A DNA stretch of 7,182 bases from Pseudomonas phage 17897, in the sequence record OR621025.1, one strand, 5' to 3'. The translations under genes were made by a program, and so were the position numbers. Positions 1 through 4,120 of this stretch are shown one piece after another. The notes under the pieces are model-generated. The model made no database searches. It saw only the letters and a program-made list of their open reading frames with translations, and was not told the DNA's origin. How positions within the stretch are numbered: position 1 is the stretch's first letter; every line of letters starts with the position of its first letter.

Positions 1-12
1 TTCGCATAATGT
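1..12. repeat. Terminal direct repeat copy 1: TTCGCATAATGT. It matches the XerC-binding arm plus the first 3 nt of the central region of proteobacterial dif sites (...TTCGCATAA|TGTATA...).
   Basis: The window has an identical 12-mer at 7171-7182. From memory, Xanthomonas inovirus attP cores read TATACATTATGCGAA, the reverse complement of TTCGCATAATGTATA, and the Pseudomonas dif XerC arm reads GATTCGCATAA. Confidence 0.7.
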
Positions 13-115
13 GCAGACGTTACGTTAGGCGCAGCCCGACCGAGGGGAGAGTCACCAGTCCGGAGAATCGCTCAGCGTCCGGACTGGTGATTTACACGTA
101 ACGTCCGTTATGCGA
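2..115 (+). other. Long nested imperfect hairpin (cruciform-capable). The pairings are 2-9 with 108-115 (tcgcataa/ttatgcga) and 16-25 with 96-105 (gacgttacgt/acgtaacgtc). An asymmetric 6-nt/2-nt internal loop lies between them. There is an inner perfect 13-bp inverted repeat, 52-64 with 78-90.
   Basis: Reverse-complement matches were verified base by base. In the packaged plus-strand ssDNA this would fold into a stem whose base is a dif-like XerC-arm duplex. Confidence 0.7.
52..90. repeat. Perfect 13-bp inverted repeat TCACCAGTCCGGA / TCCGGACTGGTGA with a 13-nt loop. It is the inner stem of the junction hairpin.
   Basis: Seen directly in the sequence. Confidence 0.9.
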
Positions 116-124
116 TGCCGCTTT

Positions 125-248
125 GGTACCGTTGCAGGATCCTGCAGAACGACCTGGTCGAAAATATTGGTACCATTTTTCGGTGGCAGTGGTACCATTT
201 CCGTCGAGCTCGAGCACGACCTGGTCGAGAATACGGTACCAAAAGGAG
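125..248 (+). promoter_or_regulatory. Iteron or operator-like array immediately upstream of the 254 gene. Four GGTACC hexamers lie at 125, 169, 191 and 235, spaced 44, 22 and 44 bp apart (about 4, 2 and 4 helical turns). There is a 14-bp perfect palindrome TGCAGGATCCTGCA (133-146). Two 26-bp direct repeats, ACGACCTGGTCGARAATAYGGTACCA (149-175 and 217-241), each contain the palindrome CGACC-T-GGTCG. A 10-bp palindrome TCGAGCTCGA lies at 204-213. The RBS AAGGAG is at 243-248.
   Basis: The repeats and palindromes were counted by hand. The helical phasing of the GGTACC copies is the notable point. This is a candidate repressor or initiator binding array, or an origin. Confidence 0.6.
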
Positions 249-253
249 CCGCC

Positions 254-514
254 ATGCTTGTCAAACTCCCCGATGAATCCCCCGACTTCGTAGAGAAACT
301 CAAGGAACAGACCGGTGCGACCACGGCTGCCGGTGCCTATCGGTTCGCTGCTGAGCGGTACGGGTCGCTGACCTATCAGCTCAAGCAAGCCATGGATGAA
401 CTGGCGAGGTTGCAGACCCGGTGCAACGTCCAGCAGCAGATCATCGACAACGCCCGCGCCTCTGCCTCTTCGCTGCTTGACCACGTCGCCCAAGGCGATC
501 TTCTCCAGGGCTGA
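254..514 (+). CDS. Hypothetical 86-aa protein. It has a possible ribbon-helix-helix-like N-terminus ([19 protein letters not shown]...) followed by a helical, coiled-coil-like C-terminus.
   Basis: ATG at 254 follows AAGGAG with a 5-nt spacer. The longer track ORF (110..514) would run through the repeat array and is unlikely. The stop is TGA at 512-514. Confidence 0.6.
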   Translation: MLVKLPDESPDFVEKLKEQTGATTAAGAYRFAAERYGSLTYQLKQAMDELARLQTRCNVQQQIIDNARASASSLLDHVAQGDLLQG

Positions 515-568
515 ACGTCCCTCCGAACTTTCCCTAGTCAGGTGCCGCGCTCCCGGCTCGTCGGATCA

Positions 569-605
569 GCTTCGCCGATCCGGCGAACGGAAGCACGGGC
601 GAAGC
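569..605. other. GC-rich stem-loop: GCTTCGCC (569-576) pairs with GGCGAAGC (598-605). There is an alternative inner hairpin CGCCG-atc-CGGCG (573-585).
   Basis: Inverted repeats seen directly. Part of the intergenic hairpin cluster 515-725. Confidence 0.6.
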
Positions 606-644
606 GAACACTTGACGTTGCACCCCCTGAAACAGCCTCCGCAA

Positions 645-679
645 GGGAGGGAGGGGAAGCTCTATCTCCCCTGCCTCCC
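645..679. other. Imperfect 14-bp inverted repeat. The purine-rich arm GGGAGGGAGGGGAA (645-658) pairs with the pyrimidine-rich arm CTCCCCTGCCTCCC (666-679), with 12 of 14 complementary positions.
   Basis: Seen directly. The strand-asymmetric purine/pyrimidine arms recall packaging-signal and origin hairpins of filamentous phages. That link is inference. Confidence 0.5.
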
Positions 680-705
680 GAGCCCTCGGCGGCAAGAGCG
701 GGATA

Positions 706-724
706 GTAAGGGCAGCGCCCTTAC
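706..724 (-). terminator. Perfect hairpin GTAAGGGC-agc-GCCCTTAC at the 3' end of the minus-strand unit. The stop codon of the 721..918 ORF lies within the stem.
   Basis: 8-bp GC-rich stem with a 3-nt loop. The following U-tract is weak (tatccc), so an intrinsic-terminator role is plausible but not certain. Confidence 0.45.
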
Positions 725-918
725 GACTTTCTGATGCGCTTGCAGCTCACTACGAATTCAGCTTTTGGCATCGCATCGACGGACCGCCAGGCTTTTACGA
801 TTTCTTGGCCGATTTCTTGCCCGGCTTGCATGCACGCCTCTTGCGTGGCGAATCCGTCGATTAGGTGTGTTTCTCGTTGACTGCCAAGCGTGACTAGCAC
901 AAACAGCATCCATTCCAT
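721..918 (-). CDS. Hypothetical 65-aa protein. It has a hydrophobic N-terminus ([13 protein letters not shown]) followed by a soluble domain of about 50 aa. It lies downstream of the repressor and is transcribed in the same direction.
   Basis: A strong RBS AGGAG sits 5 nt upstream of the ATG on the minus strand (plus-strand CTCCT at 925-929). A hairpin follows immediately after the stop. Confidence 0.6.
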   Translation of the reverse strand: MEWMLFVLVTLGSQRETHLIDGFATQEACMQAGQEIGQEIVKAWRSVDAMPKAEFVVSCKRIRKS

Positions 919-966
919 GAGGGCTCCTGGGTGGCTTTGCGGGACTCTCGATCTGGCCCCGGAGGG

Positions 967-1010
967 GTGGGGGTGCTGTTACACCCCCACTTTACCGCAC
1001 GATCGTGCGG
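967..1010. other. Two adjacent hairpins between the repressor and the 65-aa ORF. The first is GTGGGGGTG-ctgtta-CACCCCCAC (967-990, 9-bp stem, followed by TTTA on the plus strand). The second is the 16-bp perfect palindrome CCGCACGATCGTGCGG (995-1010).
   Basis: Seen directly. They may act as a plus-strand read-through terminator that protects the repressor from antisense transcription. They may also be origin or packaging structures. Confidence 0.5.
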
Positions 1011-1018
1011 CGGTCGGA

Positions 1019-1372
1019 CTAGCGAAGAGCCTCTTGCTCGTACCCGAACAGCACTCCTTTCAGGGCTATCCGTGCTTGATTCCTGATCTCCGCCGGCAGG
1101 GCTTCGAATCTCCGCAATATCGGACGCATGTCGTCAGATATCAGTAGTTCGCTCTCGTCCATCAAGAGTTCGTCTGTGGTCACGCCCAGCACCTTGGCCA
1201 TGGCCAGGGCTTTGTCTGCGGACGGCATTCCATGGCCCGCTTCGTAGCCCGTATAGCTGGACTTGCTCACGCCTGCGGCCTCGTACACCTGCTGTTGTGT
1301 CAAGCCTCGGGCGGCCCGAAATTTTTTCAGGTTTGCTGCAAGGGTCATTTGTCGCTCTTTGAGTGTTTTCAT
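1019..1372 (-). CDS. XRE-family (Cro/C1-type) helix-turn-helix transcriptional repressor, 117 aa. The stop is fixed at 1019. The preferred start is the ATG giving MKTLKERQMTLAANLKKFRAARGLTQQQVYEAAGVSKSSYTGYEAG... In-frame alternatives lie upstream: ATG at 1459 (MDKGHH..., AGGA 2-3 nt upstream) and TTG at 1474 (the track start).
   Basis: Classic HTH_XRE signature (GLTQQQV.EAAGVS...Y...E). It is divergent from the Rep gene, as in phage immunity regions. The 29-aa upstream extension is low-complexity with a lower GC3, and it overlaps a good rightward promoter (-10 CATAAT at 1457-1462). No SD precedes the 1372 ATG, so the transcript may be leaderless or weakly initiated. Confidence 0.8.
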   Translation of the reverse strand: MKTLKERQMTLAANLKKFRAARGLTQQQVYEAAGVSKSSYTGYEAGHGMPSADKALAMAKVLGVTTDELLMDESELLISDDMRPILRRFEALPAEIRNQARIALKGVLFGYEQEALR

Positions 1373-1432
1373 GACTGGGTCAGCGTAGGTGCTGGCTGTT
1401 TGTACAGTTCCAGAATCCTGTGCATTTTCCCC

Positions 1433-1462
1433 TTGATTCTTGTGATGACCCTTGTCCATAAT
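1433..1462 (+). promoter_or_regulatory. Candidate rightward promoter for the Rep operon: -35 TTGATT (1433-1438), 18-bp spacer, -10 CATAAT (1457-1462). A tandem TTGATA-TTGACA pair (1486-1497) lies just downstream.
   Basis: Hexamer matches to the sigma70 consensus seen directly. Its position in the divergent repressor/Rep intergenic region is what one expects. Confidence 0.4.
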
Positions 1463-1506
1463 CCTGCCAATCAACTACCGAAATGTTGATATTGACAGGG
1501 ATTTTC

Positions 1507-2643
1507 ATGTTCATCGACTGGCTTAGCGTTTCACAAGAGCACCTTCACGACCTCCCGGTCGTGTGCGACGTGTTCACGCTCACAGTCGATGCCAATACCC
1601 ATGAGGTTCTGAGTACCCGCCAGCCGTGGTTCAAGCATGAGGGCAGTTACTCCACGTCGATCAAGATCAGTGTCCAGGGTCGTAAGGTTCGTGTTGAGGG
1701 GAATCCCAGCCGAATCGACCGCCAAGACAATCTTTTTGGCTACGTCACCATCGAGCAGTGCATTGCCGTCTACAACCAGCTTTTGGCTGAGTACGGCCTT
1801 CCCGCTTTCACCAGGTGCACTGAAATCCATCTCCGCGACGGTGCATCCGGCGCTCGCCCTGGCGATTGGGTTGCTGATGGATGCGCTATCGACCGCATCG
1901 ACCTGACGACGAATGTTTCCGTAGGGGAGGGCAACGTCCTCGCCTACCTGCGCGGCCTGTCTACCCAGCGTATTGGCCACTCTGTTGGCTACCTGTATCC
2001 GAATGGCCGGACCGTTGATTGGACTGCTGCCGGTAAAAGGAAAGGTGGTGTCCGTCTCCAGTATCGAAAGGCGTACGACAAAGCCTTTGAAATGGGCGAG
2101 CACCTTCGCCCGCGCGTTCTGCGCATGTTCGGCGATGAATCGCCAGAGCTGGCCTACGTGGACCAGCTGATTTCGTACTGCAACCAGCATGGCGTTGTGC
2201 GGCAAGAACAGGAGCTGAAACAGGAGTTCCTGAGCCGTGAAGGTCTTCGCTACTGGGGCCTTTTCAACGAAAACCGTCTCCGCGACATACACGATGAATT
2301 CCTGGCGGTGGACAAGAAACTGAAGGTAACGGCCATGGACCTTGCGACCATTTCTCAGCAACTGATTGCCGAGGGTGTTGTTACCAGCACCTATGCGGCC
2401 AACATGACCGCGATGGTCGCTATCAATTGGAGCAACGGGCAGCCTTTCGACAAGAACAACCGTTCCCTCCAGAAACATCGTGCACGTCTTCGTCAGATCG
2501 GTATCGACATCGCTAACCCTTGCGATACCAGCCGCTTCACGCCCGTCATTGTGCGCCAGGCTCGGGAGGTTACGAAAACCTACGATCTTCCGATTCCGGA
2601 CTGGTATCGCCGTCCTGTTGGCCATCTGCGGTTGGTGGCCTGA
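1507..2643 (+). CDS. Rolling-circle replication initiation protein of the Rep_trans / phage pII-CRI type, 378 aa. An alternative start is the ATG at 1483, which adds 8 aa.
   Basis: From memory, the motifs AIDRIDLTTN and GYLYPNGRT...VRLQYRKAYDKAFE resemble the conserved RxDxAxD and TLYxGSR...RIYDK active-site region of pT181 RepC-like Rep_trans initiators. These are also found in Pf3- and Neisseria-type inovirus Reps. ATG 1507 is preceded by AGGGA at 1496-1500. It is the first gene of the plus-strand operon, divergent from the repressor. Confidence 0.8.
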   Translation: MFIDWLSVSQEHLHDLPVVCDVFTLTVDANTHEVLSTRQPWFKHEGSYSTSIKISVQGRKVRVEGNPSRIDRQDNLFGYVTIEQCIAVYNQLLAEYGLPAFTRCTEIHLRDGASGARPGDWVADGCAIDRIDLTTNVSVGEGNVLAYLRGLSTQRIGHSVGYLYPNGRTVDWTAAGKRKGGVRLQYRKAYDKAFEMGEHLRPRVLRMFGDESPELAYVDQLISYCNQHGVVRQEQELKQEFLSREGLRYWGLFNENRLRDIHDEFLAVDKKLKVTAMDLATISQQLIAEGVVTSTYAANMTAMVAINWSNGQPFDKNNRSLQKHRARLRQIGIDIANPCDTSRFTPVIVRQAREVTKTYDLPIPDWYRRPVGHLRLVA

Positions 2644-2715
2644 CGTGCTCGCCCCGACTCTCGAAGCCCTCGCGCTGTTCGCCGGTGCCGCCACTCTGAT
2701 TCACGCACTGGGCGT

Positions 2716-2964
2716 ATGGGCGCGCTCATGAGAACGGTCAGTTTCCAGGGTGCGACCCTCTCGGCCAGTGAACGCCGCTCGCTTGAGCTTCGCCAGCGTG
2801 CCATGGCGGCGGTGAATCAGTCCGTGTTGCAACAGCAAGTTGCGGCCACGCTCCAGGCCCTGGAGCAGCACAAAGAGCAGGGCGGCAAGCCCGAAAAGGT
2901 CTGGTCCACGATCTCCAACGAAAAGGGCACGCCGTTCCTAGGCGACGTGTTCGGGTGGCCGTGA
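2716..2964 (+). CDS. Hypothetical 82-aa protein, Q/A-rich and helical (...ERRSLELRQRAMAAVNQSVLQQQVAATLQALEQHKEQ...). An alternative start is the ATG at 2728.
   Basis: The ORF lies directly downstream of Rep. Its stop TGA (2962-2964) overlaps the ATG of the next gene (TGATG). Confidence 0.55.
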   Translation: MGALMRTVSFQGATLSASERRSLELRQRAMAAVNQSVLQQQVAATLQALEQHKEQGGKPEKVWSTISNEKGTPFLGDVFGWP

Positions 2965-3062
2965 TGAAGCTCAAACGTCTTCGCTGCCCTCGTTGTGGCC
3001 GTTTCGTTTGTGTCGGTCTTCGTATCTGCACTCATTGTGATGCTTATGGGCGGTGGCTCTGA
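2964..3062 (+). CDS. 32-aa Cys4 zinc-ribbon microprotein MKLKRLRCPRCGRFVCVGLRICTHCDAYGRWL, with CxxC-x11-CxxC and a basic N-terminus.
   Basis: It is not in the ORF track because it is too short. It is bounded on both sides by TGATG stop/start overlaps (2962-2966 and 3060-3064). This places it in a translationally coupled chain of four genes. Confidence 0.55.
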   Translation: MKLKRLRCPRCGRFVCVGLRICTHCDAYGRWL

Positions 3063-3325
3063 TGGCTATCGAGATCAACCGCCAGTCGTACCTGTCGCTC
3101 CGGTCCTCGTTGGAGCTTGAACTGCTCGATGCCGGTATCGACTCGCCGGACCTGCTGAGCCGGCTTATGCGCCACGTGCTTGCCGCCGAATCCGCGACCC
3201 GCGCTGAGTCGCAAACCGTTCGCCGTGCGTTCGTCACGGCCCGTAGAAACCCGCTGCTGGGCGCAATCCCTCAGCACTCCCAGGGGCGCACAAATCGCCC
3301 GTATATCCGCAAGAGGAAACCCTAA
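3062..3325 (+). CDS. Hypothetical 87-aa protein (MAIEINRQSYLSLRSSLELELLDAG...RPYIRKRKP) with a basic C-terminal tail.
   Basis: ATG at 3062 overlaps the preceding TGA. The track start GTG 3053 is less likely. Its stop TAA overlaps the ATG of the ssDNA-binding gene (TAATG at 3323-3327). Confidence 0.6.
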   Translation: MAIEINRQSYLSLRSSLELELLDAGIDSPDLLSRLMRHVLAAESATRAESQTVRRAFVTARRNPLLGAIPQHSQGRTNRPYIRKRKP

Positions 3326-3633
3326 TGCCCTTCGTCTATCTCGGCCTGACTCGTGACGCCGGAACATCGAAAAAGACCGGCAACGCCTATGACATTTCGG
3401 TCGTGCACTTCGCTGTCGATGCGACGCAATCGACTCGGCCTGATCGCAAGTTTGCCCTCGGTCTGGAGCCTCAGAATCTGCCGATCGCGCCGGAAGCGGT
3501 GAGCCAGTTCCAGCGTGTTGAGCCGTTGAGTTCGGTCAACTTCGAGTTCGAGCCGGACCCTCGGAACATGCAGCGCAACCGTATTTGCGGCGTTAAGCCG
3601 GTGCCGAAAGCGGCTGCTCAGACGGCGTCGTAA
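3325..3633 (+). CDS. Gene-V-like ssDNA-binding protein, 102 aa.
   Basis: Strong RBS AAGAGGAAA at 3311-3319. It sits immediately before the coat module. The N-terminal segment ...LTRDAGTSKKTGNAYDISVVHFAVD resembles, from memory, the Pf3 gene 5 protein ...FTDSVRQGTSAKGNPYTFQEGFLHLED. The flexible Pro/Ala/Lys C-terminal tail (KPVPKAAAQTAS) is like Pf1 g5p. Confidence 0.7.
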   Translation: MPFVYLGLTRDAGTSKKTGNAYDISVVHFAVDATQSTRPDRKFALGLEPQNLPIAPEAVSQFQRVEPLSSVNFEFEPDPRNMQRNRICGVKPVPKAAAQTAS

Positions 3634-3669
3634 TTCTGGCTAATTATTAAGAATCAGGGGTGATCGAAA

Positions 3670-3813
3670 ATGGAAGCGGCAATGCAACTTTTAAGTTCGG
3701 TCACTTTTGAAAGTCTCACGGCGGTATACGGTTCCGGGTTTATCTTGACCTTTGCCGCATATGCCGTGGGTTTAAAAGTAGGAATCGTACTAAGTGCGAT
3801 CCGCAAACTATGA
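3670..3813 (+). CDS. 47-aa hydrophobic, single-TM protein MEAAMQLLSSVTFESLTAVYGSGFILTFAAYAVGLKVGIVLSAIRKL. It is a candidate pVII/pIX-type minor coat protein or a PfsE-like superinfection-exclusion peptide.
   Basis: SD GGGGTGA at 3655-3661 lies 8 nt before the ATG. It is not in the ORF track (too short). Its position between the ssDNA-binding and major coat genes matches gVII/gIX in Ff phages and PfsE in Pf4. Confidence 0.55.
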   Translation: MEAAMQLLSSVTFESLTAVYGSGFILTFAAYAVGLKVGIVLSAIRKL

Positions 3814-3825
3814 AAGAGGTGAATC

Positions 3826-3960
3826 ATGGCTGATATTTTCGGTGCGGTAGACTTTTCCAGCGTTTCCACCTGGGTCGTAAGTGCCGGTGTTGCGATCATC
3901 GGTATTGCGATGGCGTTCAAAGGGATCGACCTGGGCAAGCGCGGCGTTAAGAAGGCCTAA
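3826..3960 (+). CDS. Major coat protein (pVIII-like), 44 aa, with no signal peptide: MADIFGAVDFSSVSTWVVSAGVAIIGIAMAFKGIDLGKRGVKKA.
   Basis: RBS AAAGAGGTGA at 3812-3821, with an in-frame stop immediately upstream. It has an acidic N-terminus, a hydrophobic core and a basic C-terminus (K, KR, KK). This is the textbook inovirus coat layout. The length and signal-less form match the Pf3 coat. A strong terminator follows. Confidence 0.85.
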   Translation: MADIFGAVDFSSVSTWVVSAGVAIIGIAMAFKGIDLGKRGVKKA

Positions 3961-3969
3961 GGGCCAGGG

Positions 3970-3997
3970 CAGGGGGCTGAAAGGCCCCCTGTATCTT
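3970..3997 (+). terminator. Intrinsic terminator after the coat gene: CAGGGGGC-tgaaag-GCCCCCTG followed by TATCTT.
   Basis: Perfect 8-bp GC stem with a T-rich trail. It is positioned as the post-gVIII terminator that boosts coat mRNA in Ff phages. Confidence 0.7.
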
Positions 3998-4120
3998 ATG
4001 GAACCCTCTCAACTTACATTCACAGCGGCGGACCTTGCGCTGGTAGTTCACGCCCTGGTCTTCCATGGCGGGGTATTGGCAGCATGGGCATTTATCGCCG
4101 GTATGCGGCAGCGTTTCTAG
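3998..4120 (+). CDS. Possible 40-aa hydrophobic peptide MEPSQLTFTAADLALVVHALVFHGGVLAAWAFIAGMRQRF. It overlaps the pIII start by 37 nt.
   Basis: The ATG comes right after the terminator. No SD is present. It is TM-like. It may be real or may only be the 5' leader of the pIII gene. Confidence 0.3.
   Translation: MEPSQLTFTAADLALVVHALVFHGGVLAAWAFIAGMRQRF

Noticed and set aside
125-240. The cluster of common restriction sites (KpnI x4, PstI x2, BamHI, SacI, XhoI) looks superficially like a synthetic polylinker.
   Set aside because: The sites are embedded in larger natural direct and inverted repeats with helical phasing. The order matches no standard MCS, and the flanking sequence is native phage DNA.
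110-253. N-terminal extension of the 254..514 gene (track ORF 110..514). Also ORFs 52..324(-) and 92..493(-).
   Set aside because: They run through the palindrome and direct-repeat array. The internal ATG at 254 has a consensus AAGGAG RBS. The minus-strand ORFs have no signals.
396-1147. Track ORFs 396..734(+) and 890..1147(+).
   Set aside because: They are Arg/Ser/Pro-rich translations of hairpin-rich intergenic DNA, or antisense to the repressor. No RBS is present.
1492-1497. Perfect TTGACA -35 hexamer.
   Set aside because: There is no acceptable -10 at 16-19 bp spacing. It lies between the Rep RBS and start, or inside the Rep ORF. TTGATT-18-CATAAT at 1433-1462 is a better promoter.
1531-2694. 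387-aa minus-strand ORF antisense to Rep.
   Set aside because: It is a mirror ORF in GC-rich coding DNA. It is Arg/Ala/Gly-rich with no RBS or motifs, and it fully overlaps a gene that has clear Rep motifs.
2580-3367. Minus-strand ORFs 2580..2804, 2738..3031, 2817..3035, 2971..3237 and 3044..3367.
   Set aside because: They are antisense to the tightly coupled plus-strand gene chain and Arg-rich. The plus strand has overlapping stop/start couplings.
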